Shown: positions 1 through 9,228 of the stretch, in pieces
Layout of the letters: each line of letters opens with the position of its first letter
How positions within the stretch are numbered: position 1 is the first letter of the stretch
Source: Chamaesiphon sp.
Lineage (GTDB): Bacteria; Cyanobacteriota; Cyanobacteriia; Cyanobacteriales; Chamaesiphonaceae
Assembly (NCBI GenBank): GCA_965246715.1
Contig: CBDFFH010000009.1
Coordinates: forward strand, 1-64,000
Reading direction: 5' to 3'
Length of the DNA stretch: 64,000 nucleotides
Notes under the pieces: model-generated
What the model was told of the DNA's origin: nothing
Seen by the model: only the letters and a program-made list of their open reading frames with translations
Database searches by the model: none
Made by a program: the position numbers and the translations under genes

Positions 1-219
1 AATTTTTGGAGGAATTAATGCTCGAAATTTGCGAGTCATCTCATGACGATCGCCAAGACTATTACCACTCCGATCCTCAATATTAATTGCCGATCGTTCA
101 CCTATTCCGATGATTACCGAGCGTGTCTTTCTGTCTCTGATGTCCGAATACTGATTTCAATAAACCTTGAGTGCGAGGCAGCTACTTCGCACTCAAACAT
201 CTCAATAAAAACAAATTTC

Positions 220-756
220 ATGATAGCACTACCTACTCCTCAAAATTGTTATGAATGCCCAATGGCGCGACCGCTGTACGAAGACCGATTTTACTGTGGC
301 AACAGCCTATCCAAAGTAGTTCGCGGTCATTTCCCGGCCACCGCAGAATGTCATGATGCACTAAGCGACCTTTCTCATCGCTGTCTTGTCACACACAAAG
401 TCGAGGAAACCTCGACTTCGATGCGCCGCTATTTCCAGCCGCTACCGCTGCCCGATCTCCAAGGACTAGATCCAGAGTGGGTTTGCGATCGGATTCGGTT
501 GACTTTGAATTGGCTCGATGTCTTTGACGACGCGCCAGGAGCGAAAGATGGTGAGATTGCCATCGAAGTCTGCCACCAAGACTTACGCATCGCCTATTTG
601 CGGCGCGATGCCAATGCCTATTATTGCATTCGACTGGATGGACTGCGATCTTCCGACCCTTATTGGCTGGCATTGCATCTGGTTCATCCTGACTATTTAT
701 ACCAAATACCTGATGAGATCGTAGCCGATCGATCGCTCATTCCCAAATACTTCTAA
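220..756 (+). CDS. Hypothetical plasmid/ICE protein with N-terminal Cys/His motif; paralogue of 32881-33435
   Basis: The ATG at 220 aligns with the start of the paralogue. CxxC..C..H..C pattern; long identical stretches shared (HKVEETSTSMRRYFQPLPLPDLQGL). Confidence 0.75.
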   Translation: MIALPTPQNCYECPMARPLYEDRFYCGNSLSKVVRGHFPATAECHDALSDLSHRCLVTHKVEETSTSMRRYFQPLPLPDLQGLDPEWVCDRIRLTLNWLDVFDDAPGAKDGEIAIEVCHQDLRIAYLRRDANAYYCIRLDGLRSSDPYWLALHLVHPDYLYQIPDEIVADRSLIPKYF

Positions 757-858
757 GTCTTTGACAGTTCCAAATTACGAGGAAGTCATCGGCAAAGCCG
801 AATTTAGATGAGCGTTTTGTGGCTCATAGCAATCTTTAGCCTTCCAGGAGAAATCAAT

Positions 859-981
859 ATGTTCGCACGCCTAATTACTGCCTACCGCCACTTCATTTGT
901 TTGCGTTCTGGCGAGTTTGAATCTCGCCAATTTTCAGTTGGTGAAGCAATTATCGAAGTCTATTACGAATTATTTGCTTAA
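859..981 (+). CDS. Small 40-aa hypothetical protein (MFARLITAYRHF...ELFA)
   Basis: AGGAG RBS 8 nt upstream of the ATG; co-oriented with neighbours; below the ORF-track cutoff. Confidence 0.5.
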   Translation: MFARLITAYRHFICLRSGEFESRQFSVGEAIIEVYYELFA

Positions 982-1093
982 CCCATCGTTCCTCAATAGT
1001 TCGCAGCTCCCTCGATCTGCGAACTGTTTTTTTACGTGTCCTCGGCAAAGCCGAATATATCTGACCGATCCAATATCTTTAGGAGTTGTTATC

Positions 1094-1930
1094 ATGACTA
1101 ATTCTCAACCAGTCCGCGATCGCTTTGCCTCACCCGAATATTGCAATCCCCACGCCAAACTGCCTTATATTCAAAGCCTCCGAGGAGAGCATCCTAGCGA
1201 GTGTGGATTCTTTATTTCCTTGGAGCAGATGACAAAAGCTAGTTGGGTAAATATGCCCGACCAGCTCGATAGCTATACCTTCTCCAGCGGTGCCGTCGAG
1301 CGCGGTCTATTATTGCGCAAACCGCGAATGCTGGTGGTACCTAAGTCCGCATTGCTAGCAGCACGGACTGTCAAAACCGATAGTGGCATCCCAGAGCTAG
1401 AGTTACTGGGAAAGTACTACGACTATAAAGGTCGAGCTGGAGTTACTAACGTGCAGATCTTTGAAGTGTTGCTACTCGACAGTCACAATCAGCCGTTGCA
1501 TGAGATCCCATTGCAGTATGTCGCTAAAGGTGCTACGCAAGCAACTTTCGCCGCCCGTTACCAGCAGTTACTCCTCCAAGTAACGCTCTGCCATGCCCAG
1601 GCTAACGGTATCTCCGCGCGTCCCAAAAACCTCGAATTCAATGCCCTGTGTGTGTTTGAGTTTGAAGTAGCGCGCGAACTGGCTGGTAACAGCGGTCAAA
1701 AGGCTCCAGCTTGTAAAATTGTCAGTCACACCATTCCCACGATGGCTGACTGGACAGACTTCTTTCTCGGTCGCAACGACGAGCTGGCAGATCGTGTGCT
1801 GCTATTACTGGGAATCTCTGTTAGCGATGCCGTTATCGCCGCTGCGAAGCCCATCGCCCAGATCGAACCTGTCGTCGAACTCCTTGGCAATGAAGATCTC
1901 GATGACAACGACTACGATATCCCGTTCTAG
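1094..1930 (+). CDS. DUF5895-like cyanobacterial plasmid protein with acidic DIPF C-terminus
   Basis: AGGAG RBS before ATG 1094. FASPEY..LPYIQSLRGE..GFFIS..RMLVVPKS resembles the cyanobacterial plasmid family (recognised by eye). Confidence 0.65.
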   Translation: MTNSQPVRDRFASPEYCNPHAKLPYIQSLRGEHPSECGFFISLEQMTKASWVNMPDQLDSYTFSSGAVERGLLLRKPRMLVVPKSALLAARTVKTDSGIPELELLGKYYDYKGRAGVTNVQIFEVLLLDSHNQPLHEIPLQYVAKGATQATFAARYQQLLLQVTLCHAQANGISARPKNLEFNALCVFEFEVARELAGNSGQKAPACKIVSHTIPTMADWTDFFLGRNDELADRVLLLLGISVSDAVIAAAKPIAQIEPVVELLGNEDLDDNDYDIPF

Positions 1931-1953
1931 CGATCGAATCAACGCATCATCCA

Positions 1954-1989
1954 GCCTCCAAACTCACAGCGAGTTTGGAGGCATTTTTT
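1954..1989 (+). terminator. Stem-loop plus U-tract after the DUF5895-like gene
   Basis: GCCTCCAAACTC-acagc-GAGTTTGGAGGC followed by ATTTTTT. Confidence 0.55.
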
Positions 1990-2006
1990 ATTCTTGGAGT
2001 TTGTTT

Positions 2007-2411
2007 ATGTATCCCGTTACAGCCGGAGTCGGATCGAGTTTGCAAAGCCTAGAAAGATTTCCAGACTATCAACAAGACCAGCTACTAATTTTGGCAGGTT
2101 TGGAATTAACGATCGCTTATAACCTACTGGAAGCTCGATGGAAAATCGCCAATTGTATCTTTTGGAAACGCAGCAATGCAGCGACCAAATATAGCGTGCG
2201 AGCTAAGTTGGACGGTATCGCATTCGACGCTAATTCATCGATTATCAAAGCTGGCAGACTACTCAATCGATATTACGACCTGCATGGAATCGACGAAAGA
2301 GATCGAGAGGCTTGGAGTCAGGTTATTCGGTCTTTAACAAATGGTCATCGCTGGCTTAATGAGGAATTTGGTATCGATTGTACTGCCAAACAATTAAAAA
2401 TAGACCTATGA
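2007..2411 (+). CDS. Hypothetical protein
   Basis: GGAG RBS before ATG 2007, within ORF 1719-2411. Confidence 0.6.
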   Translation: MYPVTAGVGSSLQSLERFPDYQQDQLLILAGLELTIAYNLLEARWKIANCIFWKRSNAATKYSVRAKLDGIAFDANSSIIKAGRLLNRYYDLHGIDERDREAWSQVIRSLTNGHRWLNEEFGIDCTAKQLKIDL

Positions 2412-2566
2412 ATCCACCTGTCCTGTCAATTGTCGATGTTATCGATCGATATTATCCTCTGGCGATCGAAGCATCGCATTCAATGTCGATTTACCATTTT
2501 CTCTATTGCTACTGAATTTCTAATTCAGTAGTTTTTTATGGTCTCTATTCACTATTTACTAAAATT

Positions 2567-2893
2567 ATGGCAATTATTACGCTTCGAGAAATTCATGAAG
2601 TCAGACGAGTAATGACTGACATCTTGTTAGGCGGAAAATTAGAACGTCATAAATATACAAGATACAATTTGTACTCGTTAAGAGATGTGGTGTATTTTCG
2701 TGTCTCTGTATATTCTGTCAATCCCAGTTTTGAAGATCTTCCTGCTTACTTCTGTGCTAGTGAAAATGATGAAATTCTCGTCCATACTCCAAATGGTATA
2801 TCCAAGAGATTCATTCATCAAAATCTGTTGGAAACGCTAAGTGTTGTTAAGACTGAGATGATAAATCTGAAGGCTGAATTGAAAAATTTTTAA
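2567..2893 (+). CDS. Hypothetical protein
   Basis: ATG-started 108-aa ORF co-oriented with the gene train. Confidence 0.55.
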   Translation: MAIITLREIHEVRRVMTDILLGGKLERHKYTRYNLYSLRDVVYFRVSVYSVNPSFEDLPAYFCASENDEILVHTPNGISKRFIHQNLLETLSVVKTEMINLKAELKNF

Positions 2894-2996
2894 CCAATGG
2901 TGACTTAGCTGTCTAATTTATATTACAAACCATTGCCGCCAAATCTAACTAGGCTTGGCGGCTTTTCATGTCAACTCTCTTAAATCTTTGGTAGTC

Positions 2997-3467
2997 ATGC
3001 TCGATTTCTACATTGGTTGGCACCAACTTAATAGCGGTGAAAGTGGTACCAAGCATTTTCACCACTGCTCGATTTCTGCCCCCAGGCTGCTCTCTCGATG
3101 CAGTCCTTTTCCAATCCAAAATTGGATTTTGGATTCTGGAGCTTTCACTCAATTCCGTTCGCACGGTGGGCATTTACTGTTTGCGAAGCGTCCGCCGTGC
3201 GGAATCGATACATACATCAACCTTGTCAAGACTTGGCAAGAGCATGGCTCTCTCAAAGCCTGAGTGAGCCAGGATTGGTTGTGCAAACGGGCAACGTTGA
3301 AAATTAATAACCGATCGATCTACCAACATCAACAGTTAACTATCGATCGCTACGATCTCCTCCGTGCATTCAATCTATCCAGCTATTTGGTGCCCGTTTT
3401 ACAAGGCGTTCGTCCCATCGATTTTGGATGTCATCTCGAAGATTATGGCGATCGATTATGCCACTAA
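2997..3467 (+). pseudogene. Queuine tRNA-ribosyltransferase-like / DpdA-like deazapurine transglycosylase, disrupted
   Basis: FYIGWHQ, WILDSGAFT, VSQDWLC and VPVLQG motifs of TGT-fold proteins. In-frame TGA at 3261-3263, a 24-nt repeat insertion near 3180, and premature end. Confidence 0.6.
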
Positions 3468-3626
3468 TCTCCGTCCACCCGATCGGCCCAGCATTTTTCG
3501 ACAACTAGCCAACGTTCGATCGATAGAAGCTGCGTATGCGTAGCGACATCGAACGTCGGCAAAGCCGAATCCTGCTGAAGCATTTAGCTTCATTTTCGCC
3601 CACTCATCATTTGGAGGATTTTGCTC

Positions 3627-3908
3627 ATGCTAGTTAATATTTCCGGTTGCATCGGTCGTGCTCCTCAATCTTTACCTAATAACGCTGATGGTTTACCAGT
3701 TGTCGAAGCTGCTTTAGGAGTCACTAACAGCGATGGTAAAGATTGGTATGCCATCCAATTTATTGGTGAAGCTTGGGTTCGATCGGCCCAGCAAGTTCAA
3801 AAGAACGGCACGATGGCTGTCACTGGCGAGCTAACCTTCGAGCCATCGGTATCGGGCAATGGCTTCAAGCCTGTAGTTGCTGTCTCGGATTTGCAACTGT
3901 TTCCCTAG
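3627..3908 (+). CDS. ssb: Short single-stranded DNA-binding (OB-fold) protein lacking the acidic tail
   Basis: VNISGCIGRAP..WYAIQF.GE..KNGTMAVTGEL pattern; GGAGG RBS. Confidence 0.65.
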   Translation: MLVNISGCIGRAPQSLPNNADGLPVVEAALGVTNSDGKDWYAIQFIGEAWVRSAQQVQKNGTMAVTGELTFEPSVSGNGFKPVVAVSDLQLFP

Positions 3909-3986
3909 ACCGTAACAGCCTCAAACTCTTGGGGCTATGCTTTCTTTCCACGTTCGCCCACCCACTCACCCATTGGAGGATTTCTC

Positions 3987-4382
3987 ATGAACACTGCTAC
4001 TGCCAATCTCATTATCGTCACCGCTGTACTTGCAGGTGACAAAATCGCTGGTACGGCGATTGATGGCGACATCCGCGTACCGTTTACTGCGGAAGCGAGC
4101 GCAGTCAATCAGCGGGTATTCGTGCCCGAAGCCAACCTTGTCGTTACTGGCAAGTTCCGGCTCCGCCAAAGCGAAATCTGCTCGGTTGGCTTGTGCATCA
4201 ACAGCGTTCTTGCTATCGTCGCCTTGCCTGCCGCCACGCCCGTTGATGTTGTCGCCCCTGTCTTGTCGCACTCTATGCCAGAGGAAACCTCCGGCTCGTG
4301 CGCCGCTGCTGCAACCAAAAAGCGCAAAAGTTCGACAACCCGCAGCAAGAACAAAGCCGCTACCGAACTTGTTGCTGCTTGA
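3987..4382 (+). CDS. Hypothetical protein with basic C-terminal tail
   Basis: GGAGG RBS and ATG; co-oriented. Confidence 0.55.
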   Translation: MNTATANLIIVTAVLAGDKIAGTAIDGDIRVPFTAEASAVNQRVFVPEANLVVTGKFRLRQSEICSVGLCINSVLAIVALPAATPVDVVAPVLSHSMPEETSGSCAAAATKKRKSSTTRSKNKAATELVAA

Positions 4383-4616
4383 TACTGCGTCGATGGCGAC
4401 GCAAATAGCCCCAGTTATCAGTTGATAACTGGGGCTAGACGATGCGACCACCCCTGGGGGGTGCGCTTGCGCGATCGATGTGTCGATATTCGGTACCTAA
4501 CGGCTCGACCCAGGCGCGGCAAGCCGCAGCAAAATGACGGCTCGAACGTTGCTGCCAAATCTACTCAGATTTGGCGGCTTTCTCATATCTATAACCACTA
4601 CCCCAGGATAAAAATC

Positions 4617-5663
4617 ATGAAAACTGGCTTAACTCTCGTCGAACTCGCTCAAGAACTCACCGCTCAGCAACAGTCGAAGCGGGATTTTCACGCTCCAACT
4701 TCTAGCTTGAGTATGCTCGATTCTGGCGAGTTTCACCTCGAAACCAACAATGGCAGTGAAACCATGCCAGCCACGCCCTACGCTCACGCACAGATGGCCA
4801 GCCGCTTATCGATCCCCAAACCCTATTACGATCGGATGCGCTCGGAATCTCCCGATCTGCTATCGGCTAACGTAAACCACTGGCTCGGTGCGAAACAGAA
4901 AGAAACCTCTCTCATCCGCACTTTGCGCGGACAGATGCGAGCGTTTTTAAGCAATCGCTATCGCATTGTCGATAATGCTGACATCTTAGCCGTCGCTCTA
5001 CCCGAACTTGCTGACAACAACAGTCTGAAAATAGTAAGCTGCAACGTCACCGACCAAAAAATGTATGTCAAAGTGGTTAACACCAACCTCGAAGCGGCTA
5101 TTGCCGTCGGCGATACCGTTCAGGCTGGGTTCACCCTTAGCAACGGCGAGTTGGGCAATGGGTCGATTTGTGTCGAACCATTTATTTATCGCCTGATTTG
5201 CACGAATGGTATGAGCGTACCAGACCGAAAGATTCGGAAGAATCATGCGGGTCGCGTTACCGAGAATGAAGATCTCTATGCCAGCGACACCCAGCAAGCG
5301 ATCGATAGTGCGTTCAAGCTCAAGGTTCGCGATCTCATCCGTAGCGCGATCTCGATTAGCACCTTTCACGAGATCGTCGCCGATCTGCAAGCCGCAAAAA
5401 ATGACCAGATTGTCGGTTCGACCACAAAGGCTGTTGAGGTAACTGCTAAAGCGATTGGGCTAAACAGTGATGAGTCGAGTAAGGTTCTCGAACACTTAAT
5501 TCGCGCTGGCGATCTCACTCGATTTGGGATGCTCAATGCTGTGACCCGCTCGGCGGAGGATATCGAATCTTACGACCGCGCGACTGAAATCGAGCGGCTT
5601 GGTTCGAGCGTCCTCTACCTACCTCCAAGCACCTGGCGCGAAGTAGCAACCGCTGGTAATTAG
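4617..5663 (+). CDS. DUF932 family phage/plasmid protein
   Basis: MKTGLTLVELAQEL start; RAFLSNRYRIVDN, LSNGELGNGS, YRLICTNGM motifs. Confidence 0.8.
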   Translation: MKTGLTLVELAQELTAQQQSKRDFHAPTSSLSMLDSGEFHLETNNGSETMPATPYAHAQMASRLSIPKPYYDRMRSESPDLLSANVNHWLGAKQKETSLIRTLRGQMRAFLSNRYRIVDNADILAVALPELADNNSLKIVSCNVTDQKMYVKVVNTNLEAAIAVGDTVQAGFTLSNGELGNGSICVEPFIYRLICTNGMSVPDRKIRKNHAGRVTENEDLYASDTQQAIDSAFKLKVRDLIRSAISISTFHEIVADLQAAKNDQIVGSTTKAVEVTAKAIGLNSDESSKVLEHLIRAGDLTRFGMLNAVTRSAEDIESYDRATEIERLGSSVLYLPPSTWREVATAGN

Positions 5664-5967
5664 CAAAAATGGAGAAAAGTCCCTGTAAGTAGCATTACAG
5701 AGACTTTCCAACGATCGGTCAAGGTCGCACTAATAAGATAACATCATGTCAACTAGTTCGTAGCTTTCCTGTCACTTCTTGGTGCAACGCACGCTGAGGA
5801 GCGAGTGAAAGCACGCGGAGGAACCCTGGTGCATGTGTTTCACTCAAGACAGACCTCAGCTTGAAAAGCATCCGCAATCTCTCATCCCATTTAGCACCAG
5901 TCACTTTTGAAGACTGGTGCTTTTTTGGATTCTTACTCACATTGCCAATCTCTGGAAAATAAGCACT

Positions 5968-6231
5968 ATGTACGAATCGAACAATAAAAAAGTTGAGAAA
6001 ATTGTCAACCTCATTCAATCTGATGGCTGTATTGTTGAAGGCAAGAAAATTAGCTTAGAAGATCTACCGCTACTTTGTCAGGATCTAAATGACTCGGACA
6101 AAAAAGAGATTGTAGAAATAATTCAATCCATTGATGATGAATTATGTGAACTCTATAACGATCGTCAATATCTAGATAAGCAAATTCAGTCTCTAGAACC
6201 AGTCAAAGAGAAATTAGCTCGGTTAGTGTAA
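5968..6231 (+). CDS. Hypothetical protein
   Basis: ATG-started acidic, coiled-coil-like ORF in the gene train. Confidence 0.5.
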   Translation: MYESNNKKVEKIVNLIQSDGCIVEGKKISLEDLPLLCQDLNDSDKKEIVEIIQSIDDELCELYNDRQYLDKQIQSLEPVKEKLARLV

Positions 6232-6251
6232 ACGATTTCACTTTTAGAACT

Positions 6252-6578
6252 ATGAAACTCGAAACCTACCATGTTACTGTCGATGAATATCTCGTTCGGC
6301 TCAACTATGCTGTCATTCATGACGAAGGAGTACATAAGTTAATCCAATTGAAAAACCTTAAATTGGTTTTGGTTGAGGCACTCGATAACCACAAGTATAT
6401 CGTCCAAGAAGTTACCTTGGGTGAGGCAGGGCAGCGATGGGATAATATCGATGCCTCAACAGCAATCGCCCATCTTCAAATGCTAGAAGGTGGTAACGAT
6501 ACTTTCTACAAAATCTGGCATACCGATGATCTCCTCTCGCTCGCTCCTCAATTAAGTCGTCGGAACAATCTCCTATAG
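6252..6578 (+). CDS. Hypothetical protein
   Basis: 108-aa ATG ORF, 20 nt after the previous gene. Confidence 0.6.
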   Translation: MKLETYHVTVDEYLVRLNYAVIHDEGVHKLIQLKNLKLVLVEALDNHKYIVQEVTLGEAGQRWDNIDASTAIAHLQMLEGGNDTFYKIWHTDDLLSLAPQLSRRNNLL

Positions 6579-6807
6579 AAAAGTTAAACCCTCATGAAAA
6601 ATGGTATAGATTCAACTCACTGCCCTTCGAGATTCAAGAATGTATATTAAAATTACTTTCGATCGCACGAGGGGATGGACTCGAACCAATTATTGCCAGA
6701 GCAAAATTAGATAAGCTACACAAGATGACTGATGCCGAGATCGTCTACTCACACCAAGAGCGAGTACTTAAATAATTAACCATCTCTTTAACTTCCTAAC
6801 TTTAATT

Positions 6808-7230
6808 ATGCTAAACACTTCAAATGACAATAGTACTCCTTCCCGCCATTGGTTCGTTCACAACTGGGAATCGGAGAATTTCTTCCCCACCCAAGCAGAA
6901 GCAATCGCTCAAGCAACTTCCGATCTCGAATATTGTCAAGATCCAGATGATGGTTCTTGGGCAGATTTCGTTGAAGATATTTATGTTGGCTTTGTCACGC
7001 ATCAAGTCAAGCCCAGTGCTAGCGGATATTCATTGCACTCAACTTTGGATAAAGATTCACCAGAGGCGAGGCTTTGCCAACGAACGATCGCGACAGTTTT
7101 AGCAGCTTTACGCTTGTTTCAATCTACTCCATCTGAGTCGATAGATTCTGCATTTTCCGACTACTTTGAAGATTATTCTCAATTGTCATCTGAAGAAATT
7201 GATGAACTGTGCGAGACGCTTAATTGCTAG
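6808..7230 (+). CDS. Acidic hypothetical protein
   Basis: 140-aa ORF; the C-terminus EEIDELCETLN is typical of small plasmid proteins. Confidence 0.6.
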   Translation: MLNTSNDNSTPSRHWFVHNWESENFFPTQAEAIAQATSDLEYCQDPDDGSWADFVEDIYVGFVTHQVKPSASGYSLHSTLDKDSPEARLCQRTIATVLAALRLFQSTPSESIDSAFSDYFEDYSQLSSEEIDELCETLNC

Positions 7231-7291
7231 AGATTGACATTATCACTATTCAAATAACTTGCCGATCGAGTGAATAATAGCTAATTAATAG

Positions 7292-8440
7292 CTATTTTTT
7301 TCTCTGCTTGTGCTGCCAGTAAGACTGAGTAACTATAAGAATGTCCTGCTCCCACAAACATTGCACGTCAGCAAATCGGGACTGTAATTCTTGGGGAATG
7401 AGTGTATCTTTTGGATACTTTAATCCACCATGCAGATATAGTCCTGAGTGATCTTTGTCGGGTAGATTGGGTAATCGATCGAAATGAGCTATTATCTGAC
7501 GCTCGAAAATTTTCCCGACACCGCCACCAAAAACAATCTCATCTATTTGCGAGAATTGCACTGTCAGCCACTGCTCGAAGGCACCCCAGAAACTAGCTTT
7601 AGCTGAAGAAATTGCCTTGAGCAACGTATCAAGCTCCCTCGCTCGCATTTCTCGATCGTTACGAAGTAATATCTGCTCTAGCGGTTTTTTGTCTTCTTCA
7701 TTACCGAGCAAATATTTAGCAACGGCAGGAGTAAGATCTTCATCCTTGTACGCTGATGTTGCTTCTTTGATGTCGGTTACAATCGCCGAGAAGCCCAAAT
7801 CTGTAGAGCGAAACTTTTGATAAACTTTGCCTTTGACAGTGAAACAGCTAGCGTTTCTGTGACCCATCATAATCACGCCCAGAGATCGATCTTCTAAGTT
7901 GCCACGATGTGACTCGTAAAAAAGAGACAGTCCGCCGCCTTCAGGATGACAGTTAAAGTAGCATAAGTTAACCTGAAATGTTCCAGTCGGAGTTTTAAAC
8001 TCCTTGAGTGATTTTCTGATATTTTCTGCCAAGATAGCTTTGTCTAATAATTCTCCTGGGGGGAGTAGGCAAGAAATAAATAACTTAAATGATGTTTTAG
8101 AGCGAGTTAGCTGAGCTGCTACGGCTACAACAGCCAGAGTTCGTTGAACGGCGTAATTAGATTTAGGCTCGACCAGATTTAATGTCGAACGAAAAGCTTG
8201 TCGCGCCAATTCCCCAACAGCATAATAACGATCGTCGATTCCTACAACACAGTATTTAGCCGGATCGACTTTAAATGCACTACGATACTTCTCGATCGCA
8301 TCTGCTGAAACCTCGATTACTTCTGGACTCATGGTGAAATAGTGAGGATTTTCAGATTTAGGATGTTCGTTAATTTCTTTGGTAAAAGCTACTTTTAATG
8401 ACGAACTCCCGTAATCTATAACGGCATACAGATATTCCAT
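7292..8440 (-). CDS. parM: ParM/StbA actin-like plasmid segregation ATPase
   Basis: IDYGSSSLK (phosphate-1), HPEGGG, MMGHRN and VFGGG actin-fold motifs. Confidence 0.85.
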   Translation of the reverse strand: MEYLYAVIDYGSSSLKVAFTKEINEHPKSENPHYFTMSPEVIEVSADAIEKYRSAFKVDPAKYCVVGIDDRYYAVGELARQAFRSTLNLVEPKSNYAVQRTLAVVAVAAQLTRSKTSFKLFISCLLPPGELLDKAILAENIRKSLKEFKTPTGTFQVNLCYFNCHPEGGGLSLFYESHRGNLEDRSLGVIMMGHRNASCFTVKGKVYQKFRSTDLGFSAIVTDIKEATSAYKDEDLTPAVAKYLLGNEEDKKPLEQILLRNDREMRARELDTLLKAISSAKASFWGAFEQWLTVQFSQIDEIVFGGGVGKIFERQIIAHFDRLPNLPDKDHSGLYLHGGLKYPKDTLIPQELQSRFADVQCLWEQDILIVTQSYWQHKQRKK

Positions 8441-8444
8441 CGGT

Positions 8445-8861
8445 CTAATCCTCTAACTTCATAATTCTCTCGATCGTTACGAATGGTGGCTCATCATCGA
8501 ATACATCCTCCTCTAACTCATCGCGATCGTCAAATCGCTCGGTGTTTGCTCGATTACCCTGCTGTCGATCGATGCTTGGTTGTAGTTGTCCCTCAACGCT
8601 AGTAGTCACATTTGCATCCACACCCCTTCCTGCATCGAGCGACATGATTCTTACTCTCGATCGGAGAATATCGATCGACCTTTGATATGCTTTCTGAATT
8701 TCTAAAGGTGAAGCATTGATGTGTTCGAGAGCGTAGGGCAAATAGAATGCCTCTAATGCTTGCGTTATTTTGTCTTTCATCCGACTCAGGCTTTTCAAGT
8801 ATTGGTAGAGTTTCACATCTAACTCATTGCTATCGTAAATCGTCCACGACCACTTAGGCAT
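8445..8861 (-). CDS. Putative ParR-like adaptor / DNA-binding protein
   Basis: Small gene directly upstream of and coupled to parM (positional inference). Confidence 0.55.
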   Translation of the reverse strand: MPKWSWTIYDSNELDVKLYQYLKSLSRMKDKITQALEAFYLPYALEHINASPLEIQKAYQRSIDILRSRVRIMSLDAGRGVDANVTTSVEGQLQPSIDRQQGNRANTERFDDRDELEEDVFDDEPPFVTIERIMKLED

Positions 8862-9228
8862 GATATTAATCTCAATTTACTACTGTTTTCGGGTGTCTAA
8901 TAACCACCTGATAGTAGGGTTAGCAGTTAGTTAGTAACTGCTTATCGACCACCTAATAGTTAGTTATTGGGTGACTATACTATCATCGATACTCAAAACA
9001 AGAATTTTATCGGGTGGTTATCGAACGGTTATTAGGTGCTTGTTAAAAGCTCAGAATCTTATTCTCTTTAACGCACAGTACGCATTTACTATAATAGCTG
9101 TAAGTTGGGCAATAATAACAGGAGTGAGTGAAATTAATGCCCAAAATAGTTTCAAGTAATGCTCAAAATAGTTTCAAGGTGAAGTTAAAAGTAGTGAAAA
9201 TAAAACCTAAAATGTTACAACAGGACAG
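8862..9228. promoter_or_regulatory. Divergent promoter region, probable oriT and/or parC
   Basis: Lies between the par operon and the relaxase. Direct repeats ACCACCT(G/A)ATAGT x2 with inverted TATTAGGTG, and CAAAATAGTTTCAAG x2 (9142-9178). nic not identified. Confidence 0.45.

Noticed and set aside
9025..9045. TTATTAGGTG as the MOBF nic site
   Set aside because: Weak resemblance only; it is also the inverted copy of the local repeats.
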